DNA of 64,000 nt from positions 40,054,001-40,118,000 of the forward strand of contig NC_087447.1 of the NCBI RefSeq assembly GCF_036321535.1, written 5' to 3'. Under the pieces are notes generated by a model, which was not told the DNA's origin, made no database searches, and saw only the letters and a list, made by a program, of their open reading frames with translations. The translations under genes were made by a program, and so were the position numbers. The DNA comes from Camelus dromedarius (lineage: Eukaryota). This document shows, in pieces, positions 37,049 through 49,523 of this stretch. Positions within the stretch are counted from its first letter, which is position 1. The number at the start of each line of letters is the position of its first letter.

Positions 37049-37319
37049 TTCTAGAAGGTACTATACAACAGTAACTTCATGACCTCAGAGTAGGGAAAGA
37101 TTTCATAAACAGAACGCAAAAATCAACAATAAGGGAAAATATTGATAACTTTGATTTCATTAGAATAAGTGCTTCTGCTTATCAAAAACATCTTTAGAGA
37201 GTGAAATAGTGAGCCCAAGTGTGGGAGAAGATACTGTCTTCTCCTGTCTGATGGTGTCTACTAAAGAAAACCATAGATACCTGAGCCCACGACCTAACAG
37301 TTCCACTCTCGGAAGGTAC

Positions 37320-38066
37320 TGACAGATTCTCTCTTCCACCAAACTCTAGCCAAGCTCCCTGAACCCTCTTCTTGGCTGGACCTCAACCTTGGCCCGTAAC
37401 AACCAGAGTTTCAACACAAACAGTTTAGCCCACTCACCTTATCCTGCATTGAAAGCCTTAAACACTAGCAGTTTCTAACAGCTCAAGGCCACATCCCTCA
37501 GATGAGGAGGACCCAGTCCCCCTCAAGTACCTGCCTGAGAAAACTCAAGACTGATGAATTTACTGTTGGTTTTAGCCAACACCTGTCTATTCCCTCCTGA
37601 CCACCCTTTCTTGGAGCCTTTACTAAAAAAGACCTGCAATCATCAATCTTTCCTCTGTCCTTTTGAGATGTGTATGTATCTCCTGCCACTCTGGAGTGTT
37701 CTTCCCAAGGAACTGGAAGGCCAGTCCTTTCAAATGCAATCTTCAGGATGGACAAGGCCTCTGTCTCCCAGTCTCCAAGGGAGGATGGAAGCCTAACCTC
37801 CACCACCGCCCAGTAGCAGACCCAGCTGGCCTGATCAGCATTTACATGGGCCCACCCTGTGGAACCTTTCACTCCCTTGATTCTGCTGAGGCCCCCATTC
37901 AGCCCTCTCCCTACTCCCTCATTCTTCCTGTCGAACATCCAGCCACCTCTGTCAAAATCAAAGCTGAGTCCGGTTCGTGCTGAACCCTCTTCCTTACTGT
38001 AACAATTACTCATTAAACTCTGTCCTTACCACTTTAACTAGTATCCAGCTTTGTTTATCTTTGACA
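37320..38066 (+). mobile_element. ERV1-class solo LTR (MER31/MER67-like), 747 bp
   Basis: TG...CA ends (tgaca...tttgaca), exact 4-bp TSD gtac at 37316-37319 and 38067-38070, ATTAAA at 38012. Confidence 0.85.
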
Positions 38067-38311
38067 GTACTCAACAGAAAAGATATGTATAAGGTGCTGA
38101 AAGCAGCGTTCTTCACAATAAAAACAACTGAAAACAACCTAAGTGCCCAGCATCAGACTGCACAAATGAAGAGCGGCATATTCATACAAGGGAATAAACC
38201 GCAGTGGTGGAAAAGAGGAAACCACTGCTACGCGTATCAACCTGTCTTCCCTCCCCCCACCACCCCCTGCATAATTTTAATGAAATAAGCCGGGCACAAA
38301 AGAGCATATAC

Positions 38312-38934
38312 TTGGATTAGTTTTGTATTGTGGGAGCCATGAACACCATGTTGCAGCTTACAATAGCCCCCACTGATTATCTCACAGTTGTGTAGGTCAG
38401 AAGTTCAGGCCTGGCTCCACCGGTTCCCCTGCTCAGCATCTCACAAAGCTGCAGGCAAGGAGTCCACGGGGCTGGGGTCTCCTCTGTAGCTAAGGGCTCT
38501 CTTCCTGCTCATTCAGGCTGTTGGCAGGATTCAGTTCTAGTGGTTGTAGGACATGGGTTCCATTTTCTTGCTGGCTGTCAGCTGCCTGTAGCTCCTAGGG
38601 GCCTCCTGTCCATAAGCCCTCTCACAACATGACACTTTACTCCTTCAAGGCCAGCAGGATCAAGTCTTTCTCATGTTTTGAATTTTTGACTTCAGAAAGA
38701 GCCCAGTCCTTGTTAAGGGCTCACCCGATTAGGTGAGGCCTACCCAGAATAATCTCCCTTTTGATGAACTCAAACTCAATTGGTTTGGAACTTAATTACA
38801 TTTGCAAAATCCCATAACCTAAGTACAGAAGTGAACGCCGTCATCTTCACATTCCCACTGACACTCGAGAGGACGGGATTACACAGGGCAAGTGTGTGGA
38901 CAGCCTGGGGCCCTTTTAGAATTTTACTGACCAC
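38312..38934 (-). mobile_element. MaLR LTR (MLT1E-like)
   Basis: tatctcacagttgtgtaggtcagaagttc...ggcaggattcagttc...gattaggtgaggcctacccagaataatctccc...ttaattacatttgcaaaatccc. Confidence 0.8.
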
Positions 38935-39899
38935 AGGCTGAATGATTAAATATCTATAAAGTCAAAACACTGTGAAAGTAATCGAAGATGAAAGAAATCA
39001 GATGGTAAGTACTTTTGTTGGGTGGCATTATATTTAGGAAGAAGCAGAAGGGAGGCTTCTGAGTGCTGGTGAAATGTTCCATTTCTTGATCTCCAAGGCG
39101 ATTACACAAATGTGCCCCTTGCAAAAATCCATCAGTTGCATACTTAATATTTCTGTATGTATTTTATACTGCACTAAATATTTTACACAAAAATAAAAAA
39201 GAGATGTTCTCAAGGTGTCTTGTTTAATTATATACAGGAATAATAATTAGCATTAAAACTGTATGTATAAAATTGGCGCTAGTAAGTGCTTGAAATCAGT
39301 TGATGCCCCTAAGTAACTTAAAGACTGAGGGATCTATGTTTACTATTTACCTGGCAAGATGTGTTATAAAAATAAGAAAAGTTAAATTTCAGCTGGCTCT
39401 TATTCAAGTGATTATAAATTGGAGGTATTTCCACTTGATCAAGCTTTGAAAGTTTCTCACTTTCCATGTCAGTACTGTTTTCTCCCTCTATGGCATGGAA
39501 GTGTGTATCTGGCAAGTTAAATGTGACATGAGCAGTGTAGAGTGTGTGTGTGTGTTGGGGGGGGGGGTTGGCTTGCCAAGAGCAAGGAAATAAAAGCAAA
39601 CTAATGCATCTGATCTGAGAGGGTAGGTAAAATCTGTACATTCTTAGGAAACTAACATAAGAACATCTGAGGAACACAAATCTCTTCTATGTGAAGGGGC
39701 CAGGCACTATTTCCAGAGCTGGTCAGCCTTAACCTAACTCTACTCTCTGCACTCCAATTCTGTTCTGAGCCAAGGAAGTCACACCATTTCCTAATGAATA
39801 TAAATGAATGCAGCTCTTCATGATAAATAAATCAGGAAAACACATTTATCCCAACTTATTCTAATCAGCACATACAGAAGCCATATAAATGTGATATAA

Positions 39900-42800
39900 G
39901 TGAACTAAAGGTTAATCTTACCTACAAATTTGATGCAAAAATCTTAAATAAAATATTAGCAAACAGAAGAGTATATTAAAACAATAAGGCATCATGACCA
40001 AATGGTATTTATTTTAGCAATATATGGATGGTTCAGTATCAGTGAATCTATTACATAATTCATAACATTAATTAAACTATGCAGGAAAAAATCATACAAT
40101 AATCTCAAAAGGTGCTGAAATGACATTTAATAAAATTCAACATCCACTTATGATTAAAAATACTTTTAATAAAATAGGACTACATAGCTATTAGCTATTT
40201 TCTTAAAATGACTAAATACATCTGGGTCAACCCAGAAGCCAGCACCATACTTTGATGGGAAAACATTCTTATTAATGAGATACATTCTTATTAAAGTTAA
40301 GAATATAATAAGGAAACCATTATCGCTACTTTAATGTTGTCCTGGAGATTATGGAAACCAAAGAAACTAGGAAACAAAATAAGTTAAAGGTACACAACTT
40401 AAAAACAAGAGGTAAAATTATCATTATTTGCAGATGTTATGACTACATATTGGGGTAGGACCCAAGAGAAACCATTGAAAAACTTTCACAAGCAAAGAGA
40501 ATTCAGTAAAAATAGATGGTGCAAAACTGCTATACGAGATCAATAAATTCCATATATACAAACAATAGCAGGAAGATAAAATGGAAAATATCTTATTTAT
40601 AATAGCAACAAAAATGAACATACCCAATAAAAAATATATAAGATCTATATGATTTCAAGTTTAGAATATTCTAGAGGGTCACAAAAAAGGATACGAGCAA
40701 ATGGAAAAGCAACTCATATCATAAAGTAGTAGATTCTTAACCAGTTAGTTAATCCCATAAAAGTACTCATAGGATTTTTTTGGTACATAGACAAGCTAAT
40801 GCTAAGGCCATGTGGAATATCAAACAAGCAAGAAGAGCCAGGAAAATTTTGAAAAAAAAGATCAATAATGAAATACTCTTTCTACTAAATGGTAAAATAT
40901 AAAAATTTTAAAATATATAAATATACAAAGGAAATAATGGTACTGACACATAACAGACAACTCAATAGAACATAGTAGATGGTATGGAAATCAGTCCAAG
41001 TACAGGAATTTTACATATAATAAACATGTCATCTCACGTAAGAGAGGAAAAAAAGATGTGCTATTCACTAAATTATTTTAGGATAACCAAGGAGACATCT
41101 GAAAAAAAAAAGATTGGACCCATAGCTTACATTTTATATTAGGATAATCTCGATGTAAATATATAAAAGTAAGAAAATCTAAAACAAACAAGACTAAAAG
41201 AAACTATAAGAAAACATTCTATAAACTTAGAAAAATTTCCTTCTGAATTATTATATGAAGCCCAGAAGCCATAAAATGAAAAATTGCTACAACCACCATA
41301 TAAAATTAAAATTTTATATGACAAAAATCACTATAAACAAAGTTAAACACAAATAAGAAGCCGGAAAAAGTATTTGTAATTTATACCAAAAGAAACGAGC
41401 TAAGTCTCCCTTTCAATAGAATCCCTCCATATCTTTAATAAAAATATGAACAACCCAATGGAAAACTAAAGACAGAAACAATAGCTCACAGAAAAGGAAA
41501 TACAAATGACTTTAGTATATGAAAAGATGCTCAATCACCTACCAGGCTGGTAAAGATTTTTAAAAAAAGTTGGATAACACACTGGTTAGCGCAGGTAAAA
41601 GGGCGCCCTCTCATACGTTGCTGCCGGGAGTATGAACCAGAACCACTTTGACAGAGGACGATTTGGCAATATCTATCAAAATTCCCAATTCACATATCCT
41701 CCGTTCTTGAATTTCCACCTCTAGGAATTTATCCTACAGGTTAAATTCACACATATGCCAAATGGTCCAAGTTCCTCATTATCATAGCACTGTTTGCAAT
41801 AGCAAAAGATTTGAAATACTTAAATTTCCCATCATAGGGGACTGGCTACAAGAAGTATGGTACATCTACACAATGGAATACCATGTAGCTATGAAATTAA
41901 GGAGAAAGTTCTGTATGTACTGATACACAATAATCTCCAAAATAAAATCAAAAGTTAAAAAAGTGCATTCAATACGCTAGCGTGCTATTATTTGTGCAAA
42001 AAAGAAAATATATAATATGTAAATTTGATTATATATTCATAAATTTTGTCTGGAAGTATGCTCGAGAACCTGATGATAATATCTGTCATCGGGGATAGGA
42101 CTGGATGCTCAGGGACAGGAAAGGGAGATAGGGCTATTTATTTTGTGCCTTTTGTACCCTTTTATTTTGAGCCATGTGAATGTATTATCTATGAAAAAAA
42201 TGCACAACACAAAGTTTATGATGTAATAAAAAGGGTGGACTTCAGCCTGCCCACGCTTATCTTGAATTGGCTGAAAATAAAGTCTCTTGTTAATCTATAT
42301 AGCTTTATGATTAAAGCACCAAAAGGGAGAAATAATTGTTTTGCTTGAAAACTGAAAGCTCCAAAATTAAATTTAAATTTTAAAAAAGTTTTTAACAATG
42401 AATAAAAACAAAGTTCTCAGCAATAGGGATGGTAGAATCAGTTTGTTTAAAGCAATCAAACAAATATCAACAACAAAAAAAGAAATCATGTAAGTGTTTT
42501 CTCTAAGGATATGTCCCAATGCTTTGGCAAAGAAGAGAATGGGGTGAGAGATTACACATTACTTTCAAAAAATATCTCCTTACTGTTGAATTATTCTGAT
42601 TTGTTGATATATTAATTTTATAATTTGAAAAATTATAATCAGATTTAAACATAAAAGCCTAAGTCCCATTGGTAGCCAAATACACATAAATGTGTTAAAG
42701 CTAGTGATGAAAAAAAAAAAGTTTAAAAGAGGCACCATTTTTTTTTTGACTAGTAAAATAGCAAAATTTAAGATATATAATATACAACGCAGGTGACAGC

Positions 42801-43400
42801 ATGATGAAAAAGGTGCTCTCATCATTAGCTGTGGGATATAAACTGGTGCCTTTCCCTTGTTTCAACTGAAATTTGTAACATGCTGTTGTAAGAAATAACA
42901 TAGAGAGATCCTATGTAATCTTAACCCATGCAATTCTCTTTTAAAGCACAAGTTGTCAGTGTTAGTTAAAAGAATCTTTCAAAAATTCACATTTTTCAAT
43001 CAGGAATCCCATTTCTTGGAACCTATGCTAAAAAATATAATTCAAAGGAAAGAAAAAGCTATGTGCATAAAAATGTTCATTCAATACCATACATAAAATA
43101 TAAATATATTCATATATAATGTATATATCAATAAGTTAAACCATAAGAAAATAGTTCATTAAATAATAACATATCCACTAGATAGAATATACTATAGCCG
43201 TTAAATCACATTTATGTAGACTATAAGGTAAGTGGCTTAATACCTATGATATAATGTTGCTTTAAAAAGATATAAAATTTTATATATAACTTAGTGAAAA
43301 ATAATCATATGGACAATGAATGGGAAAGTGGTGTAATTACAGTTGATTCTGTGTCTCTTTCAAAACTTTCTATAATCGTTCCAAATTTAACTTTTTCAGA
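39900..43400 (+). mobile_element. Old L1 (L1ME-like) ORF2/3' fragments
   Basis: gatgcaaaaatcttaaataaaatattagcaaacaga (DAKILNKILANR), tcattatttgcagatg, tatgaaaagatgctca; highly degraded. Confidence 0.8.
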
Positions 43401-43546
43401 TTTTTTTCAAATTCAAGTTTTCCTACTTTTGTCAGAATTCAATTTGAGAAGCAAAACAAGGTGAAAGAGGCCTGCTTGTTAATCCAACAAGGGTAACTAG
43501 TTGCCCGGTTTGAACAGTAGACTTTTGTTAGGAAAGAGCCACTTAC

Positions 43547-44894
43547 TTGCACCTTTCTCCGGAGAAGGAGCATGGAGCCTCTGCCCCAGGCAGGCGCTGC
43601 TGACGGGCGGCACCAGCTTCTCCAGGGCCTGGGCACTGCCCACGGGCAGCACCTTCCCCTTGGGGCTGCCAAAGAGGTCTCGGAGGTCCTTTCTTGGTCT
43701 GGATACTTGGGGGAAACTCTCAAAAGATTTGTCTTTCAGTCTGAGGGAGGAGAAGAGTGAGGTTTTTTTCTTGGGAACCCTGGAAGCATCTGGGAAGGTC
43801 TCTTGCAAGCTCACTTTCTCCAGGAGTGTGGGGACATCTTCCATCTTGCTGTAGGATGGGGACACAAACGCAGGAAACATCTTGGATGGCCGGTTGGGCA
43901 AACTGTGGGTGCGGAGGGCAGGGTCATGAGGGCCCGGGTCCGAGGGCTGGGCAGCCCTGGTAGGGGGGGCGCCTAGGGAGAAGAAGGCTGAGGCCCTGCT
44001 TGCCTTGTCTTTCTTGGGGGACTGCTGGTCCCTGTCTTTACTGGAGCTGCTTTTCCAAAGGCTGAACGAGCGAGTGCCATGGGGTGGGCTGGTGGGCAAA
44101 GCCTTTGACTCTGACTTGGCCCAGACCTTCCTCCCACCATCGGAGCTGGGGAGGAGCGGCTCCAGAGACCTTCGGATGGCGTTTGCTATGAGCCTCAGTG
44201 GGGACTTGGGCGGGGCCACACTTCGCTCCCCTGGAGCCGGTTCGGCTGGGGTCCCCATCTTTTCCTGAGCCTCTCTCTGGGCTGGCAGGGTCTCTCCCAC
44301 TGTCCGAGGGAGTAGCAAGGGGCGGACTGGTTTCAGCGCACGGCCTCCTCTACCATTCTCAGCGCTTTTCTGGGAAAGTCGTGCCCCGGCTTCCAGGTGC
44401 AAGCTCTCAGGGTTGGAGTCATTCCAATCCAGGAGGCTGGTCTTCTGCTCCTGAGTGAGGACCAGCTTCTTTAAGCCCGACTTCTTCCCCTCTGCCAGCT
44501 CTGACCCACTCTCCTCTCCCCTCCTGAGTCTGGTACTCCTTTCTCCTGGGTCTTCTCCAGCCCTGGGAGACAGCTCTTGGTCTGGCAAGCAGCTGTCCTT
44601 CCCTCCCATGGGGTATGGACCTCTGTGGATGCTTCTGGAACCCCCGAAAGGGGCCCCTCCCTCCTGACACTCATCAGAAGCCATCTCTGCAGGGTCGGGT
44701 GGCCTGGGGCTGGCAAGGCTGTCTCCACCAGGTGTCACCAGGCAGTACTCTGCCCTCTCCAGCACGTGGTCATGAGGCAAATATAGGGGGATTTCCTTGG
44801 GTACTCCTCGGGCCCTGGCTCGCCTCAGAAAGATTGGGGTGGAAGGACTGAAATGATCCCTCGAGACCTGCGAGGGGGAGTTGTAAACTGTCAC
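43547..44894 (-). CDS. MICAL2: MICAL2/MICALCL giant exon, 1348 nt, Pro/Ser-rich disordered region (VTVYNSPSQ...PSPEKGA)
   Basis: Core of the 481-aa ORF. Acceptor tttttgtccatcccctccag|GTGAC and donor GCAA|gtaagt; phase 0 to 1; motifs [69 protein letters not shown]. Confidence 0.96.
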
Positions 44895-45946
44895 CTGGAG
44901 GGGATGGACAAAAAGTAGGAGTGATTTAGAAATTCCTAGCATTTACTTACCTGAGGAAGACACATCTCAGTCCACAGCCCCCTCCATTCCTCTCTCCAGA
45001 TCTAGACAAAAGGAATTCTACCTGGGATGATTTCAGAGGATCACTCTTCATTCTAAGTGGCTGCCTTGGAATGGGCTGGAGTTGGCCCAGAGCCCCCATA
45101 TCAGCTCTGATCAAAGGCTTTCCTGGGTGGGAGGCCAGAAGGGAAGGCAAAGTCACTGACAAGTTCCTGGGCCAGTGAGGGTAGGGCTGGTCTGGCCCCT
45201 GTGGGTGGCCAGGCTCATAGGGAAGGACAAATACCCTGTGCCTGGCTTGGCCATGGTCCCTACTAATGGGCACATCCCACCCATAGGCATGTTCCTCCAA
45301 CAACGAAGAAACCAGGGCTTCTTCCTTGGAGACCATTAAGGTAAAGAGAAACAGCTACTCTTCCGGCTTGGAGCTGTGGCGGCAGGATAGCCTTCAGGAT
45401 CTTCGATGACCCTTCTAAACCTGACTATGCCTCACATTTTGCACTGAACGAGTGGCCATTTCTAGCATGCAAGAGCTTGGTCCTTGGCAAAGAAAGAACA
45501 TAGCAGACTCTAGAAGGATGAACTGTGCCCTGTCAGGAGCTCTGGTCATGGGACAGGAGCTTCACAAGAGCATGGACGTTTTTGTCTCGGGTGTTCTGCT
45601 TCCCAGAGCCTAGAACAGGGCCAGGCAGGTAGCAGAGGTGCAATCTTTCACACTGAAGGAGAGTCCAGCCCTGCCTAGACTCACAGCGATGCCATTTTCT
45701 GTTCAAGGGGGATGTTACTTCCAAGGTTCTCAGCTGCTACCAAAGGCACCCTCAGTTCTGGGCCCGCCATCCTTCAGCTGCAGCTCCTCAGTGCCCTCCG
45801 TGGGGTCCTTGAGGGCAGAGTGTTAAGTCCTGGTGCCTCTGCCTCCCACAGTCCAGCCCAGATTCCATGCCCCTAAAGTCTGCTGAGTGAGTGAGTGAGT
45901 GGCTGGCTGAGAAGGAGCAGGGTGCACCTTCAGGAAAGGGCCAAGT

Positions 45947-46241
45947 GCATTTGTGCCATTTTTTTAGATTCCACATACAAGTGATATCATATGGTATGGT
46001 TACCAGGGGGGAAGGGGGAAAGTATAAATTGGAAGTTTGAGATTTGCAGATACGAACCACTATATATAAAATAGGTAAACAGCAAGGTCCACTGTAGAGC
46101 ACAGGGAATTATATTCAATACCTTTTAATAGCCTGTAATGAAAAGGAACACGAAAAGGAATATACATATCTATAACTGAATCACTATGCTGTGCACCAGA
46201 AATTAACATATTATAAATCGATTATACTTCAATAAAAAAAA
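45947..46241 (+). mobile_element. Young L1 3' fragment with 5' inversion
   Basis: 45947-45997 is antisense L1 sequence (end of ORF2); 45998-46241 is sense 3'UTR plus poly-A; degenerate TSD gaaagggccaagt / gaaaaggacaagt. Confidence 0.85.
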
Positions 46242-46417
46242 TTTTTTTTAGACGAAAAGGACAAGTAAAGAAGGGTGGACTCTTGGCAGAGCATCTCTCT
46301 GGCCTGGCTTGACCCTTGCGGTGACTAAGGGTGCTAGGAATCCAGAGTTCAGTGTGGAAGTGGGAGGAGCACAGGAAGCCCACCTTCCTAGCACCTGTGC
46401 GGCCCCCAGGCACTTAC

Positions 46418-46572
46418 CTGAGGCGGGGAGGGCTGATCCAGGCCTTTCCCCAGGACACCAGCTGAGGAAGAAGATGGTGGGGAAGGCGAAGAAGACGAGG
46501 AAGGAGAAAGAGAAGGAGAAGCTTCCTTTGAGGGCAACATGGTTCTCTTGTTGTTTACTGTTGTTGTCAAAT
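46418..46572 (-). CDS. MICAL2: MICAL2/MICALCL exon, 155 nt, (N)LTTTVNNKRTMLPSKEASPSLSPSSSSSPSPPSSSSAGVLGKGLDQPSPPQ
   Basis: Acceptor ttctttccctggcag|ATTTG and donor CCTCAG|gtaagt; phase 1 to 0; Ser-rich; contains the Met equivalent to the MICALCL start. Confidence 0.92.
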
Positions 46573-47534
46573 CTGCCAGGGAAAGAACACATTCTCCATT
46601 ACAGAGTTATGATTTCCTTATTTCATCATGAAAAGAGGAGGTGATGCTCCTGTACACAGAGTCAGAGGGAGGAAGATGCCAGAGATGGACTCAGAGGTCC
46701 CGGAGCCCACAGCTTGGGATTTGGAAGGAGAGATGTGGGAGTGTCAGGCTCCCATAGGGGAAGGAAGGAAAGTCCAAGAGCCACTATGTCTCATGCTCAC
46801 GTGCGAATGTTCCCAAAAGGTGGAGCAGGGCTCTCTGGGGTGTTTCTTAGAAACAGACAGCTACCTCTAACATTTGCCCTAAAGGCATGGGGTCAGGGCT
46901 GGGGCTACGTTAAATCACCCAGTCAGTAAACCACCTGAGGCCCCTGCCCACCCCACGCCTGACCACTCCCACAGGCCAGGCAGCCACTGCCAGGGAAACA
47001 GGCTCTTCCTTCTCACACGTGCACCAAGGGGTTCTCAGACGAGACGTTAGTTTGAGATTATACGAGAACACAAGGGAGGGAGACTATAATGAGTATCAAT
47101 TCATTTGAAGCACATGTAGTGGGGTCTGTGCCAACCTCCCATCAGTCAGGGAACAAGTAAGATGCAGGGATGTACTCAGACTGACAGGAGACAGGAGTGC
47201 AGCCGGGGCCAGAGGACGAGCCTCATTCTGAACTGTGGGGGCTGAAATCAATTAGCCCAGTTACAGTGGAATTCTGGCAGCTGTCGCCTGTAAGATCAAT
47301 CTCACTCCCTCTCTCTCGGGAGTGCACACATGCACACACATAGCCCCTAGTCACTGCAAACCTAAACTCTCAAGCATTTTGTCTCCCTTTTGGACTATGC
47401 CCATAATCGGTCCTCAGAGGGATTCAGAAGATGCCATGCTCAAGTCCAGATCTGCCCGCTCAGTGTCATGCCCTCAGCCCAGCCAGCGCTCCTGTGAGCC
47501 GTTTCCCGGAGACTTCCCAGGGCCACTGTCTCTA

Positions 47535-47577
47535 ACTCCCTAATACAGTCAGACTCCCTAATACAGTCAGACTCCCT
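47535..47577 (+). repeat. 18-bp tandem repeat actccctaatacagtcag x2.4
   Basis: Perfect direct duplication read from the sequence. Confidence 0.95.
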
Positions 47578-49425
47578 GCTCCTGGCTTCTCAGCTGATCT
47601 TTTTCCATTTCCCTCCAAGGTGTCCAGCCTTCAGATTTCAGTTTGCTTCTTAGCATTATCCTCCGGCCCGTTTCCCCAAAGCTTTGGCCGAGAGGCTCCT
47701 CCTCTGGGACCCACCGAGGCCAGGCCAGACCCAAGCATCACCCCAAGGGTTCCTTCTAGACCCACTTGCACAGGGGAACCACGCAGGGGGATTGTCAGTA
47801 CTCCGTCCTGCTTTCCTCATACACAGATGTACGCGTGTCTGAGCACACATCCTGTCCTGGGCTCTGAGAAGCTGGCCACTTCCCCGAGGGAAGCCAGCCC
47901 CCCAGAACGCTTTGGGGGGAAGGTAACTCAGGGGAACAGATCTGAGGGTGGTGGCAGGAAGCAGCTGCCAGGAGCTGACACGGGGGAGGTGGCTGGCCGG
48001 CCTGCCATCACCCAAACCCCCATCTCAGCCCACAGGGAGATGGTTCGAGCCTAAAAAGGCAAAAGTTGTGAGTCAGTTGTTGCCTTGCTTCCTGCCTTCG
48101 GCTTGCCAAATTCCTGCCAGATTCCTTCTCCTCCTCTTCCTCGCCCCCTCGTTCTCCTCTCTCTGCCACCTCCTGAGTCAAACTCCTGAACTTGCCTCAA
48201 GGTCCCCTCAGCTCAACAGACTGCCTTTTTGTTCCCCCGAGGAGCCATCCGGGAACATTCTGGCACAAAGCCAGGACACCTTGGGAAGCAAGCTGACCAG
48301 AAAGCCTTGGGGTTCCCAAGGTCATGACCTGGGAGCTGCCCCCTCTCTTCTCTGTCTCATCCCCACCTCACCCCAGCTAGTGGGGTCTCTACCCATGTTC
48401 CTCACACCCTGTCTTTAGGAGAAAACTTGGGAAGGGCTTAGGGGGGTGGGGGAAATAAAATACCTGCCACTCAAGCTGCTGCCTGGGAGGAGAAGGTGGG
48501 GCCAGAGCCCAGCAGAGGGGATGGGAAATCTCACCCACCTTTGGGTTCCCTCAGAGGATGGTGGAGGGGATCCTGGACCCCCACCCCCTTTACACCCACA
48601 CCAGCTGCCCAGCACCATGCAAGTTCTGTAGCCCCTCAGTTTCCTCATCTGAGCAATGGGAAGCCTAGTGCTCCTTCACAGGGAAGCTGAAGAAATAAAA
48701 TGGGATAAAGAGAGGTGCCCAGTGCAAAACACAGAGTAAATGGCAAGTGCTAGCTAAATATTAATTCCATCCCCTTCCCTCCCCACCAAGTACACAAGGC
48801 ACTGCTGAGCCACGGACCTGTTCCAGAAGGGGCTGCACATCCACCATGGCTAGGATTTCTCTAACTTGGGGTCCCAGGAGCTTCTTTCTCATTCACCAAC
48901 TCAAGTCCTTCTCTGCCAGCCCTTTCTTATTTTCCTGGAAACCTCGGCATGCTCCTGCCAGAGCTGCCCTGCCCTCTGCAGTCCTGGGTGCCTCTCGCCA
49001 TTCCAGTCCCATCATGCAAAGGGGGTTGATGAGCAGACCAAGGCCTGGATTACAGCTCCTCCCACAGCCCCCTGGGTCACCTGCCTCTTCTCTGGGCCCT
49101 CCACAATGGAGACCTTTCTGCTTGATCCCAGAGGTCATCCTGGTGAGTATGGTCAGCTGGGGGAGGGTGTTAAGCAGCCGCCTCCATCTTCCTGCCTGGG
49201 GCCGGGGCCAGAGCCAGCTGAAACGGGGCAGTGAAGGGATGGAGGAGTTGGTAACCCAAAATCTGCTCTCTCCTACAGGACCAACCTCACCTATTGGGGT
49301 TCCTTTTTGGGCAAAACAAAGATGATTGAAATGATGGCTCTGGGGATTTTCACAAAGACTGATTGCTGGGTGCAGCTTCCCAGAATTTGGAGCTTAGGCA
49401 ATGCTCAAATCCTCCCAAAGTCTTG

Positions 49426-49444
49426 GAGTGCCCTCTAGGGGCGG
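49426..49444 (-). promoter_or_regulatory. Candidate CTCF site
   Basis: Minus strand CCGCCCCTAGAGGGCACTC fits the CTCF core. Confidence 0.45.
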
Positions 49445-49523
49445 CAGCTGCTCAGGCTGAACCCACAAGTGGCATTTGTTCCTGCGCTCAGGCCAATCTG
49501 CTTGTTCCCTGGTTCTTTGGTAA

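Larger units (their letters stand above)
28960..39200 (+). mobile_element. Degraded long L1 tract (5' region/ORF1 ~29.0-30.7 kb; ORF2 EN/RT from 31.9 kb; 3' remnants), interrupted by several nested elements
   Basis: ORF 32888-33070 YKASITLIPKPDKDIARKEIFRSITL...HYNQVGF is an L1 RT motif; ORF1-like sequence around 30040-30500; many stops and frameshifts. It may be more than one L1. Confidence 0.85.

Noticed and set aside
37498..38013. 171-aa minus-strand ORF
   Set aside because: Lies entirely within the ERV1 solo LTR.
28960..39200. Potentially active full-length L1
   Set aside because: Both ORFs carry many stops, deletions and nested insertions.
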